Counted from the whole stretch's first letter, positions 38,975 through 52,312 are shown. The stretch is 62,072 nucleotides of DNA, filler included, from Chiloscyllium plagiosum (GCF_004010195.1; 3 parts of one record of this genome joined end to end with filler, not necessarily neighbours in it); one strand, 5' to 3'. A program made the numbers and translations. The notes: generated by a model not told the origin, from the sequence alone.

Positions 38975-39277
38975 TAGATTAGATTAGATTACTTACAGTG
39001 TGGAAACAGGCCCTTTGGCTCAACAAGTCCACACCGACCCGCTGAAGCGCAACCCACCCATACATTTACCCCTTCACTTAACACTATGGGCAACTTAGCT
39101 TGGCCAATTCACCTGACCTGCACATCTTTGGACTGTGGGAGGAAACCGGAGCACCCGGAGGAAACCCACGCAGTCATGTGGAGAATGTGCAAACTCCACA
39201 CAGTCAGTCGCCTGAGGTGGGAATTGAACCCGGGTCTCTGGCGCTGTGAGGCAGCAGTGCTAACCACTGTGCCACCG
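38975..39277 (-). mobile_element. HE1-type tRNA-derived SINE (young)
   Basis: Reverse complement closely resembles 59332-59630; A and B boxes; (ctaat)n tail. Confidence 0.9.
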
Positions 39278-39309
39278 TTAACATCATCGAGAGTAAGTTT
39301 GATTTGATA

Positions 39310-42300
39310 ATGTCCAATCAACCTTGCTTTTAATGGTTTCCCAGGAACAGGTAACAATACTATAACCTTGGCTCCAGTGACAAAATTGCCATCTTTTAAG
39401 GTTTTTAATGTACTCTAGCTGTGAATACCCTTCAAATTTTTATTTGCAAACTCACAAGCTTTGATCAGTTTCCAAGTGAAACTCAAAATTTAGGTTGGAC
39501 GCATAGTCGTTGAGCTTTAGTTTATCAATTTTTTTTAATTGAAGTGGTCCCCTCTCCTATGTCAATATATTAATTCAAGAGAATTAAATCCTGTGGACTC
39601 TTTAGGAGCGTCCCTATTGACAAATAGGTAGCAAAGGTATTTGTTTAGCTCATTCATTAGGATATTCTTGACAATAAACACAAATTATGGCCTCCAAAGG
39701 TTGATGCCATCTTAATCACCTGACATGTTTGGCAAAACTTGACTGTACCAATAAAAATATTTTTATTTTCAATATGGGTTTTCCTAATATCTAAGTAACC
39801 TGCCTTTGGAATTTCATGAGTCACTTATAAAGTTTTGTTGTGATACATAAGTAAGAATACCTCCTGATGGACCACTGACAATTCCTCGTTGGTTGGTATT
39901 TGAGCTGGTCCCCATTTTCTCATCAATACTTTGTTTCTCTTTCCAAGTAATTTCAGTAAGTATAACTCATTCAATTCAGAGTCTATTATTGCTTTACTTC
40001 AGGCTCAGTGGCTAGCACTGCTGCCTGACAACACCAAGGACTAGGGTTTCATCCCAACCTTAGGTGACTGCCTGTGTGGACTTTGAAAGTCCTACCCATG
40101 AGTTTCCTGCAGGTGCTCTGGTTTCCTCCCACAGTCCAAAGATGTGCAGATTAGGTAATTTGGCCATGCCAAATTGTCCTTAGTGTCCAAGGTTGTGCAC
40201 GCTAGATGGGTTAGCCATGATAAATTCAGGATTATGGGGATACGGTATGGATCTGGGTGGGATGCTCTTCAGCGAGTTGGTGCAGACTCAATGGGCCGAA
40301 TGGCCTGTTTCCGCACTATCAGGATTCTATGAAGGTATTGTTTCTGATTCAATTTCTAAGTAGTCTGTTAGATATAACTCTTCCAATTCAGAATCCATCA
40401 TTGCATTTCTCTTAATGAAGAGGAGCTAAACTTATCATCATCATTTTCTTCATCTTCTATATTATCTTACATTTTTCAAATTTGTACCCAAAAATGAATT
40501 TCAAGTTATCTCCCTCTTTAATAGATTTCTTTTTTTTCCTGTTTAATTCCATGAGCCTAAGATGGATACATAATACAGTCAGGAAACAATTCAGGATATT
40601 CCTCCTGTAAAATTTAAGTCTCATTTACTTCCACTAGCAGTTCCACCACTTTTGATGAAGACAATATTCCTGAACATAATGGGTAATTTTCCAAAAGAAG
40701 GAAATTCCTTCTCCAGGGATTTGTTTCACTGCACCCAACTTGTCAATTTACAAAGTCACTATTTAATCATTCTGTATGATGGGACTTTTCATGTGTATCT
40801 CGAATTGTTTTCTTCTTCATTAACTCCTCTGGAAGACAAACATTATCATCAAACTAGCATCAGTGACTGACTTGCTCTAGTATCTCCCAATATTTTTATT
40901 AGTTTACCCCCTTGATTTATAGCATAAGAAAATACCTCAAGACCTCCAGTGCTCTGATTCAGTATTCAGAAAATAACTTTAATGACTGTCCTGAACTATC
41001 TCTTTCTTCTTGGTACATTCTAAGGAAACATGCTCTTTTGTACTACCGATACCGTTATGATATTTTTTCCTTTTCTGATGTCTCCTTTTCTGAAAATTTC
41101 TTATATATTTCTATTATTGCAATTGCTTTCCCATTTGACATCTGGAAGTTGGCTTTGGTATGTCCAGTCTTATCAGAGTGAAAGCATATTAGTCACTTTG
41201 TATCACTTTTTTATTCTAGGTTTTCTGCTGTATTATTTTGGTGTCTTTCTATCTTACTGTTTCTTAGAAAATTCCACCAGTAACACTGCAATTTCAGATT
41301 TCCTTCATTATAGTTCTAAACATTGGATAACCTCTTGAAGCATCTCATCTTTCCAAAATCTTGCTTCTACCTCTGCCTTTAATTTATGACTAAGTCTCAG
41401 TTTAGCTTTCGTCAAAAATTTCAAATAACCACTTTTAATAGCTTCTGGTTTCAGAAACCCTTTAGCAACATTCAAAACACATCTCTAAATTCCATGCAAT
41501 AAACTTTACCGTTACATAATCATTTATGTGCAGAACTATCACATACCCACTACTTTAAGAAGACCGAAACAGATCCTCCTTAAAATCTAGTTAATTCAAA
41601 ATCCACAAGAGCTCCACTTGTTATTATCTCATTTACTGGACAAGTCAAATCCCAGACTGAAACTTGGCTTGATAGATATTACTTTGCTTTGTTATTTAAT
41701 TAACAGATGATGTTACACAGACACAGTATCATACAATGCTGAAACTTTGGTAGATTAGACAGAACTATTTGTTTACAACCAATCAATTCATCAATCAATC
41801 CATCAAGGGAGGACTGCTGTTGGCCAACCAATCACCAAGAATGTTGAAAAAGCAAGAAAAAAATTAAAAATGGCCTGACTCTGACTGTTCTTTTCTGGCA
41901 GGATGGTTTTGCTTTCAAAGCTGATGACCTGGGAAGCTGTATTTTGGTTTTGCTCTCTCTAGTTATTCTCCAGTCAATGTTTTGTTGAAAGTTCTGAGAA
42001 AATAACCACAGACTGTAATAAATAAGGAAAAGTCTTTACCTGTTTGCACTGACTACTGACTTTGGAATTCAAGCCTGATACACTGACCTGTGAGTTTATA
42101 ATACAACCCATCATCCAAGGATTCCACAAAAGCCAAGTATTCATTGTTAAAATAGTGGTCAAACGGGCAAATTACGATTCTTATATTTTCTTTTAAATTT
42201 ATCATTTAACTTTGTGTCTGTGAGTGCAGTTTATATTTAAAGAACATTGGCTTAGAGCATAGATATTAATTAGATTGCCTTGTTGTTCATCTGTGTTCTG

Positions 42301-42512
42301 TTGAAGTAACATGCTTGTTTTTTTTAGTTTAAGTTATGAGCTTGGTGTCCAAGATCTGTTATTTGTAAAGTCTGTTCAGGAGCAATTTTGAGGGTTATTG
42401 AATGTTTTGTGAATCCAGTGAACGTGAGGCTAATTTAATTGGGCTTGCTACCCTTGTATTGTTTCACTTTGGTATTTTAATTTCATTCCCTACAACTTTC
42501 ACCACCGTAACA
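39310..42512 (-). mobile_element. Highly decayed Gypsy-like LTR element (internal remnants plus probable LTR at about 41619-42512)
   Basis: PBS-like aagtggagctc next to an LTR edge at about 41608-41622; that edge resembles the one at about 54550; 39325-39362 resembles 42625-42665. Confidence 0.4.
40002..40332 (+). mobile_element. HE1-type SINE (older)
   Basis: ggctcagtgg head, cacagtccaaagatgtgcag body, ggattctatga tail. Confidence 0.75.
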
Positions 42513-42749
42513 CACTCTTCTTACTGCACATGGTGCACTAGCATGACATATAACTGATTTTTCGTCCTTTCTAAAATTATCCTACCTATTTTACATTATG
42601 GAGCATCTTTTGATTTGATAATTCTGCTTTTAATGGCTTTCAAAGAGCTAGGTAACAATACTAACAAATATCTCAAAGAAAAAAATTTAAACTTTGGTAT
42701 TTTATCTCCTGTAGTTTTTATTGCTTGTTAGGGTATTTTCAAGATTTAA

Positions 42750-44607
42750 AATCAGGAGGGCAAAAAAGGGACATGAGATAGCTTTGGCAAATAGAATTAA
42801 GGGGAATCCAAAGGGTTTTTACAAATATATTAAGGACAAAAGGGTAACTAGGGAGAGAACAGGGCCCCTCAAAGATCAGCAAGGCAGCCTTTGTGTGGAG
42901 CCACAGAAAATGGGGGATACTAAATGAATATTTTGCATCAGTATTTACTGTGGAAAAGGATATGGAAGATATAGACAGTAGGGAAATAGATGGTGACATC
43001 TTGCAAAATGTCCAGATTACAGAGGAGGAAGTGTTGGATGTCTTGAAATGGTTAAAGGTGGATAAATCCCCAGGACCTGTTCAGGTGTACCCAAGAACTC
43101 TGTGGGAAGCTAGAGAAGTGATTGCTGGGCCTCTTGCTGAGATATTTGTATTGTCGATAGTCATAGGTGAGGTGCCGGAAGACTGGAGGTTGGCAAACGT
43201 GGTGCCACTGTTTAAGAAGGGTGGTAAAGACAAGCCAGAGAACTATAGACAGGTGAGCCTGACCTCAGTGGTGGGCAAGTTGTTGGAGAGAATCCTGAGG
43301 GACATGATGTACCTGTATTTGGAAAGGCAAGGCCTGATTAGGGATACTCAACATGGCTTTGTGCGTGGGAAATCATGTCTCACAAAGTTGATTGAGTTTT
43401 TTGAAAAAGTAACAAAGACGATTGATGAGGGCAGAGCGGTAGATGTGATCCATGTGGACTTCAGTAAGACATTCGACAAGGTTGCCCATGGGAGACTGAT
43501 TAGCAAGGTTAGATCTCATGGAATACCAGGAGAACTAGCCATTTGGATACAGAACTGGCTCAAAGGTAGAAGGCAGAGGGTGGTGATGGAGGGTTGTTTT
43601 TTAGACTGGAGGCCTGTGACCAGTGGAGTGCTACAAGGATCGGTGCTGGGTCCACTACTTTTTGTCATTTATATAAATGATTTGGATGTGAGTATAAGAG
43701 GTATAGTTAGTAAGTTTGTAGATGACACCAAAATTGGAGGTGCAGTGGACAGCAAAGAAGTTATCTCAGATTACAACGGGATCTTGATCAGATGGGCCAA
43801 TGGGCTGAGAAGTGGCAGATGGAGTTTAATTTAGATAAATGTGAGATACTGCATTTTGGGAAAGCAAATCAGAGCAGGACCTGTACACTTAATGGCAAGG
43901 TCCAGGGAGTGTTGCTGAACAAAGAGACCTTGGAGCGCAGGTTCATATCTCCTTCAAAGTAGAGTTGCAGGTAGATAGGATAGTGAAGAAGGTGTTTGAT
44001 ATGCTTTCCTTTATTGGTCAGAGCATTGAGTACAGGAGTTAGGAGGTCATGTTGCAGTTGTACAGGACATTGGTTAGGCCAGTTTTGGAATATTGCATGC
44101 AATTCTGGTCTCCTTCTTATTGGAAGGATGTTGTGAGACTTGAAAGGGTTCAGAAAAGATTTACAAGGATGTTGCCAGGGTTGGAGAATTTGAGCTATAG
44201 GGAAAGGTTGAGTAGGCTTGGGCTGTTTTCCCTAAAGCGTCGGAGGCTGAGGGGTGACCTTGCAGAGATTTATAAAATCATGAGGGGCATGGATAGGGTA
44301 AATAGACAAGGTCTTTTCCCTGGGCTGGCGGAGTCAAGAACTAGAGGGCTTAGGTTTAGGGTGAGAGGGAAAGGATATAGAAGAGACCTAAGGGGCAACC
44401 TTTTCACACAGAGGGTGGTGCATGTATGGAATGAGCTGCCGGGGAAGTGGTGGAGGCTAGGACAGTTGCAACATTTAAAAGGCATCTGGATGAGTATATA
44501 AATAGGGGGCGGGTTTGGAGGGATGTGGAGCAGGTGCAGGCAGGTGGGACTAGCCTGGATTGGACCAAAGGGTGTGTTTCTGTGCTGTACACCTCTATGA
44601 CTCTATT
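42750..44607 (+). mobile_element. CR1 LINE, 5'-truncated, relatively well preserved RT
   Basis: ORFs 42893-43834 and 44049-44501: QHGFVRGKSCLT, DFSKTFDKV, QGSVLGPLLF, KFVDDTK, LRGDL; ctctatgactcta tail. Confidence 0.95.
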
Positions 44608-45090
44608 TTAGGCATACAATGTAGACCTTAATCTGATTTTACTTTCTAGGAAACTCAAATCCCATTAAAAGTTTGACTAATTTTCCCAACACCACCATTG
44701 CCACCAAGGGCATTGCCTCAGAAAATCTTTTGAAACATTCTTAATTGTTTAAAGATACCAATTCCCTTTGCTGTTTTAGATAGGAGACTTACACAATATA
44801 TTAAGACCATGTTAAACTGTTCTTCAAAAGCTGATAGCAGAATTGAAGTGGAAAGGTTAACTAATGATTGGGGTTTCTACACTATTCAAACTTTAGCCAT
44901 GTCTTTAAACAATCCTGTGCAATAAAAATATTTTTGTACTTTACCACTAATGTTTTCTTAATGTCTTAGTGACCTGTCATTTGAATGTAATGTGCCACTC
45001 ATAAAATTTTGTGACGATACACAGACCACCTGATGGACTACTGCTATTGATTGACTAGTATTTGACCTGATCTCCTCTGTCCTCTAAATA

Positions 45091-48000
45091 TTACTACTGA
45101 ATGTCATGATGATGGTATCCTGATTCAGGATCCACCTCATTTTGTCCGATGTGTCAATACCAAACCAAAGCCTCCTCAATAGTGTCACTTGATTTGGATA
45201 CTCACTCTTTCGATCCTATTTTACATAATGTCTCTCACCCTCACATTACTTTAGCTTATGACTCATCCGGGAATGATCTCAAGCTTGAACAATCTTATAA
45301 TCCCTTACTGGGCACTACTCAGCACACCTGGGTAATTGGTGAAATCAGGTCACCAGCTGGTGGCGCTCTTCTCGTGTCAGTTCCCTTTCATATCTGGAAC
45401 GCTAACCCTCTCATTTTCCCCCATATCACCACTCATGTGAACCCAGAACACAAAGCCAAACAACTAGGCTTTGATGCTAAGACTCTTTTTGACCATGCTG
45501 ATCAAACTTCCCATGAAATTCAGCTGCTTGCTCAAGGGTCGATCCTATTTTACGCACAGCCTTCATCATCATCACGCCCACCCTCACCTGCAGGACGCAT
45601 TATGTCCTGGGGTCTGGGCAGCCTCTAAAACAGAAGTGGGCCTTGCTAAGGTCCCACCCATCTCCATTCTGATCAGAACTAATTCTCTCCTCCCCTCTAT
45701 ACCTCAATACCACATGAAACCAGAAGCTGAAGGTGGCATTCAACCTGTCATTGGTTCATTTCTACAGCAAGGCATCCTAGTCCACATTCCATTCTTACAT
45801 CAATACACCTATCTTCCCAGTCCCTAAACTGGGACATCCTGAATGGTGACTCGTTCAAGACCTTCATGAAGTAATTAAAATCATTGAGCCTCGTCATCCT
45901 CTTGTTGCCAATCCTGCTACTATCCTCAGCCAAGTTCCAGTTGATGCCAAGATCTTTACTATTGTTGACCTCCAATGTGCATTCTTTTGTCTTCTGTTGC
46001 TTCCAGATGGCCAATACCTTTTTGCATTCACTTTTAAGGGACACTCGTCTACCTCAAGGTTTTATTCACTCGTTCACACTCGTTTCAGAGACTCTTCACA
46101 TCCAGCTTGAATCATTTGAATTTCCTGGAGGGTCTACCCAAATTCAATACGTTGATGACCTCCTCCTTGCTAGCTCTGACGAAGTGTCCAATCACACTGA
46201 CTCCACTACCTTACTAAACCATCTACATCAATGTGGTTATGTTGTACCCTCAGTAAGGTTAAGACAAATCAGAAAGAAGTTAAATTCCTAGGTACTCTCA
46301 TTTCTGAATGCGACCGGCGCTGAACATATTGATCCTATTCTTTCTATTGCCCCTCCAGCCACTCCTAAACAGATGCGGTCATTTCTAGGTCTCATCAATT
46401 ATTGCCGACAATGGATTCCTAATTGTGCCCTTCTGAACCAAAAATTATCTCCCCTGTCCTTGTCTAACGCGTCTCAATGGTATGAACTCACCCCTGAACA
46501 ACTACAAGCCTTTACAGAACTTAAAACTACCCTCTCTTCAGCACCCGCGCTAGGCCAACCTTTGTATGACTGCCACTTCCGTCTTTATGTTGCCATCCTT
46601 GACACCTGTGCTACAGCTGTTCTTGCCCAGCAACATGACTCCTCTTGGTGCCCTGCTGTGTATTATTCTACTAAGCTTGACCCCATTGCTCAAGGTATGC
46701 CTTTCTGCACCCAGATTCTCCCTGCTATCCATACTATGGTATTGGCTGCCTGTAATATAACTTTACATCAAAGTGTAGAAGTCTGTACCTTGCATTCTGT
46801 AGTATCCTTGCTTACCTCTAAACATACTCAACACCTCACTATGGCTTGTCTCAGTCACTATGAGATTTCATTACTTCAGAATCCACTTCTCTCCTTTAAA
46901 TACTGCTCCAACATTAACCCCGCTACATTCTTGCAAGTAGAACCTCTTGAACTACCTGATCCTCCTCATAATTGTCTTCTCATAAATGGCCTTGTTACTA
47001 AACCACATCCTGATCTTATGGATCAGGCTCTTGTTAACCCTGAACTTACACTTTCTGTCGATGGTTCTTCTTCTATCTCTCCAGAGAGCAAATGCATGTC
47101 AGAATATGCAATTGTCACTTTGTCCCATACAATAGAAGCTTATTCTGTTGACCCACCCTGCTCCACCCAGCAAGCTTAACTCCTTGCTCTCACCCGTGCC
47201 TGTATACTTGCTAAAGGAAAGTCAGCTAATATCTATACTGATTCCCGCTATGCTTTTGGATGTGCCCATGATTTTGGTCAACTCTGGCAGCAGCGCAGCT
47301 TCCTTGCCTCATCAGGAACCCCCATCCTCAATGCTACCTACGTTGCTAATCTCCTTAGTGCTATTCAACCTCCCTCTCAATTGGCAATTATCAAATATTG
47401 TGTTCACTCCTCTAGTGCTTTTGCTGTTACTAAAGGCAGCAACACCACTGATGTGGCTGCTTTGAAAGCAGCTTTTGAGCAAAAAGACATGGTTATTCGA
47501 ATGACAAATAGGAAACCAAAGGGAGACTCTCCTATTTCCTCTTCTGACATTCCGACCATGCCTGACCTAGAACAAATACGGACCCATCATGGGGACACCT
47601 CTGATGAGGAAAAACAAAGATGGATGGACCGTGCTTGTTATGAAAATAGTTACAATGAGCTTTGGGTTATGCCAGTAGGACAGATTTGTCTGCCCGACTC
47701 ACTTTTGCCTATTCTAGTTCATTATGTTCATACATATCCACATGTAGGTAAGGAGGGAATGGTGAACAGAATTCTCCAAACTTGGTGGAATCCCCACCTG
47801 CAAGAAAAAGCAAAACAAGCAGCTTCAAATTGCCTAATTTGTCAAAAGCATAATCATGGGAAAGGAGTAAAGTGTCCACTACGTGAAACTCCCTTAACAA
47901 GTGCACCTTTTGATACTATCTTGTTCAACTTTATAGAATTCCCTAGATGTCATTGTTATACATATTGCTTGGTGATGACAGATGTATTTAGTCAATGGAT

Positions 48001-48680
48001 TGAAGCTTATCCCTGTACTGACTGTACAGCAACAACTATTTGTAAAATTCTACTAAGAGAAATCATATCCAGATTTGTAATATCAGTAATGGTCTCTTCC
48101 GATAACAGCCCCCCACTTCTGTGCGGAGCTAAACAAGGCATGATGTACAAGTTTGAATATGAATCAAAAATTCCATTGTGCCAACCATCCCCAAGCAGCT
48201 GGAATTGTAGAAAGAGCCAACTGTACTTTAAAAAGGTTAGCTAAGCAAATTGGTAGAATGTATAGGCCTTAATTGGCTGCAAGTACTCCCAACTGCCCTT
48301 TTTAATATGAGAACCATGACACAGAAAAAGAACAGGATTCTTGGCGGCTGAACTGATATATGGAAAGACCCTGAGGACTCCATAGTCTGCACCATTAACT
48401 GCCCGATACACTGTTGTGCATGTCATGGCAGAAGTGTTGCACAGGTACCTGATTAAGCTAACCAAAGCATTGTAGTCTTATTATCACAAGGTCATTGAAT
48501 ACCAGGGAAGGAAGAAGAAAGAGATCCAACATTAATGCTGGCGACGACATAATATTGGAAGACTTTAATCTTGAAAAATTGGCCCCCAATGTTAAGGTCC
48601 TTATCAAGTTCTTTTGACAACTGAAACTGCAGTAAAAGTAGAAGGATGTTCAACATGGGTCTCAAAGGACATTGCAAGCT
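45091..48680 (+). pseudogene. pol: Disrupted pol of ERV2 (2H-like domain, RT, RNase H, integrase)
   Basis: PHITL and PHITT; PQYHMKPEAEGGI; NTPIFPVPK; LPQGF; QYVDDLLLAS; MRSFLGLINYCRQWIP; VDGSS; HTYPH...CLIC; DVFSQWIEAYP; HPQAAGIVERAN. Many frameshifts and stops. Confidence 0.9.
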
Positions 48681-48699
48681 TGTATCCCCCTCACAGTCC

Positions 48700-50536
48700 T
48701 AGTGTTAGTACTGATACAGGCATCCGATGTAAATCCAACCCAAGTACATGCGCCCAAATGTAACCAACCCATCTGCGATATCTCAGACTAGCTAAGACTC
48801 CAATGTGACTGTATAAATGAAATCTGTACTAATACCATTAGAAGTTATGAATGCAGCTGCCTGGCTGAAACTCATTTAAACTACTCACATTGTGTATCTA
48901 AACATCACTCTCGACCTTATTGTCATCCTCGCAACACTTCTATGCCAGTCATCATGAGATGGCACAATTCCATAACCTCATCCGCTCCATCAACCGAAAA
49001 CAGTTACTTTGAAATGTTTGTCTGTCCCCCTCTCAAAATGAACCGTGCAGATTGCAGTATTGAGCACATAATACCGAAATCACCAAACCCTAAGGTACCT
49101 ATTGCTTTGAGATTGGCCATTTATACTTTCTCAACAGAATTCTCTCCTATCCAACCTACTGCCACTGATAGAAATACTTTTACATGTTTCCTGTATTCAG
49201 TAGCTACTATAATCAACAAGACAAGCTGGAAAAATGAAAAAAGACCAAAAATACTATGCACTCCCAATCCTCCATCTGTTACTAATGGTTTCTTTATTCA
49301 AGCTAAACACCTGATCCATGTGTTATCTGCTCACTCTTCCATCATTCTGATGTACAGTGTATAAATAGGACTCACTCACTTATGCAATCCTTCATTTGTG
49401 ATGGAAAAACCCATTCAGTAGAAGTAGCATGTCACTGTGAAGTGCACTAACAATCCTAAAGGATTCAACATTAATGTTGTTCCATTGTTAGAATGGTGCA
49501 TTGAAAGACATTCCGGTACCCCGACATGGGGTAGATGAAACAAAAATTATGTAAAAATATTATCAAAGACACTGGTCGTACTCCTACTCTCCATCCGTTA
49601 ATATACTTGGACAGCTGAATGCTTGGTAGCACCCACAAGATTCAGCTCTCACTCTGAGTGGACTAGTCATTCACTCACAGGAGTGCACCCTTTGAACTCC
49701 TTTTAGCCTTCATTGGCTATGCGAAAACAAAGACGACCCGTATTTACCCAGTGACTGGTACAGATGTTGTGCCCTAGTATGCACCTTACCACTTTTTACC
49801 CTCCACCATGAAGTACCTGAAATAGATGATGAATGGAACGTCCACCAACATGTGAATCAGCTCGGAACAAAAAACAGAGGAAAAACAAAACAGGACTTAC
49901 ACATCTTCTTCCATCAACAAACCTGGAGATCCAGGTTGCTGGGATGTCTTATTCCTGGCTGGGGTGTTGAGATGGCCCTAGATCAGATAAGTGACCTTGC
50001 GTATGACATTAAACATCTTGCCAACTCAACTGCCATCTGAGGCTGGTGAACAAAGAGTTACAAGAGACCCGGTTGATGACGCTTCAAAATCGGCTAGTGC
50101 TAGATTTCTTCCTTCAGAAAGAAGGAGGCATTTGTTCAGTCATTGGCCCCCAATGTTGAAGCTACATCAGTGATTTCTCAAAGGACATTATGGACAACAT
50201 AGATATTATCAACAAAACGGGTCAAGACACAGGGACACCCCATCGTCGTCCGATCCATTTGGATGGAGTATGGCTTGCTGACTATGGTCACTGTACGGAT
50301 GGATTGTGTGGGACATACTGATAGTCCTTGGTCTCATACTAGGAATACACATTGTTGTCCACTTATGCATGAAACGGACCGTATATTGCTTTTCGCCTAA
50401 GCCAAAGAGGAATCTAGTTAATCAACCCTTGTCTACTCCTTACCACCATGTCCAAACTCCCATTCTGAAATGCAGTATCTTTCAGGCTCTGCTCCTCCGG
50501 ATGATGACTTGTCAGAGGAGAGACTTGACTTACTAA
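48700..50536 (+). pseudogene. env: Disrupted env of ERV2 (5' boundary uncertain)
   Basis: ISD LQNRLVLDFFLQKEGG followed by CSVIGPQC* (CX6CC with the last Cys changed to TGA) at about 50080-50160; TM WDILIVLGLILGIHIVVHLC. Confidence 0.75.
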
Positions 50537-50612
50537 GAATATAAATTGACTAATTTGACTAATTATACTTGTATAAGCTATGTAGTTGTCATGAAATGAC
50601 AAAAGGAAGGAA

Positions 50613-51216
50613 TGAGAAAGTTTATAGCCTTAAATGCTTTCCTTAAACATTTAGACTAAAATGTAATTTTGAATTATAGAACACATTTGTTGCACACTAG
50701 AAAATGGTATGGCAAGGAGGATAAGATAATTAAGAACATTTGCCTTAACATCAGCGAATCTGCATAAACAAGACACCGAGTGAATACATCCACGGCTGTT
50801 CCTTTGTGAAATTAATAAACAATGTTTAATTTTGACCTCAGAACGAAACTCAGTATCAATTAACTTCTCTCCCGAATTATCGCCCTTCGCTATTATCTGT
50901 CTAGTTCAGAACATGCAGTGCTTTCGTTAACTTTTGTGTTTGTGACAGTAACGCCTTTGTAAACCTGTATATAAAAATAGTCTGTTTTTGATAGTATGAC
51001 AGAGTAGCTGGTCAGGACTCTTGAAAGAAGAGCAATTCCTACCCACCTTGGTTAACATAATCCAGTTAGCTTGACTTAAGTATCAGTGTTATGTTGTAAC
51101 AATGATGCTATTAATTAAGGGGGTTACTCCAGACCACCAAAGAGTACAATCTCCAGGACAAACCATGAGAGAGGCTTACAGGTCTGAGTCCACAAGGGAT
51201 TCCCTGAACCATCTCA
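50613..51216 (+). repeat. 3' LTR of ERV2
   Basis: Starts TGAGA right after the PPT, ends TCTCA; TATATAAAA at about 50968. No canonical AATAAA seen downstream of the TATA. Confidence 0.65.
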
Positions 51217-51246
51217 TATCTGTACTTTAAACACTTTCTTAAGACA

Positions 51247-52312
51247 AAAATCACACAACACCAGGTTATAGTCCAACAGGTTTAATTGGAAGCACACTAG
51301 ATTTCGGAGCGACGCTCCTTCATCAGGTGGTAGTGGAGGGCTCAATCCTAACACAGAATTTATAGCAAAAATTTACAGTGTGATGTAACTGAAATTATAC
51401 ATTGAAAAATTGATTGCCTGTTAAGCCTTTCATCTGTTAGAATACAGTGATAGTTTCACTTCTTTCATGTGTAAATCAACTGCAAATTTTTGCTATAAAT
51501 TCTGTGTTACGATCGAGCCCCCCACTACAACCTGATGAAGGAGCATCACTCCGAAAGCTAGTGTGCTTCCAATTAAACCTGTTGGACTATAACCTGGTGT
51601 TGTGTGATTTTTAACTTAGTTGTTTTAAGAGTGACAATTTTTTTGCCAGTCTTCTTTTTAATTGTAAATTTATTTACTGTTCACCCACTCACTACACAAA
51701 CACACATACACTTTCTCACACTCATAACCCCCAGACAGACACACACAGACAGACAGACAAAGACCCACATACACACATATATTTTGTGGGGTGAATTTGT
51801 ACTTTCAGGGTTACATTGTACTTTGCTCAAAAACTGCATGCATTCATGTAGAACTCTGAGCTCAAAAACTGCATGAATTTATGTAAAACTCCATTATCTC
51901 ACTTTTTAGATTAGAATCAATCTAAACATCATGGCATAGACAGAGAACACAGGGGGCCTTCACCTTGATCATATTGTCTAGCTATCACCACTGTTAACAG
52001 CTAACCCGAGAATGCAACTTTTTTTAAAAAAGGTTTTGTGATTTACACATGAAAGAAGTGAAATTATCACTGTATTCTAACAGATGAAAGGCTTAACAGA
52101 CAATCAATTTTTCAATGTATAATTTCAGTTACATTATACTGTAAATTTTTACTATAAATTCTATGTTAGGATTGAGCCCTCCACTACCACCTGATGAAGG
52201 AGCGTCGCTCCGAAAGCTAGTGTGCTTCCAATTAAACCTGTTGGACTATAATCTGGTGTTGTGTGACTTTTAACTTTGTACACCCCAGTCCAACACCGGC
52301 ATCTCCAAATCA
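51247..52312 (+). mobile_element. Non-coding PLE-derived element with one inverted and two direct terminal repeats, three hammerhead motifs, 12-bp TSD
   Basis: TSD tttcttaagaca at 51235-51246 and 52313-52324; hammerhead cores at about 51298-51326 (-), 51532-51560 (+) and 52191-52219 (+). Confidence 0.85.
52191..52219 (+). ncRNA. Minimal type I hammerhead ribozyme motif
   Basis: cac-CTGATGA-a-ggagc-gtc-gctcc-GAAA-GCTA-gtg: 3-bp stem I, 5-bp stem II, palindromic AGCT, CUA triplet. Confidence 0.6.

Larger units (their letters stand above)
45091..51216 (+). mobile_element. Partial endogenous retrovirus 2 (epsilon/fish-ERV-like): pol, env, PPT, 3' LTR; no 5' LTR or gag seen
   Basis: RT, RNase H, integrase and env TM motifs in retroviral order; PPT AAAAGGAAGGAA at 50601-50612. 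Confidence 0.9.

Noticed and set aside
48942..49364. 140-aa ORF between pol and env TM as an ERV accessory gene
   Set aside because: No recognisable motif; more simply a surviving stretch of the decayed env SU region.
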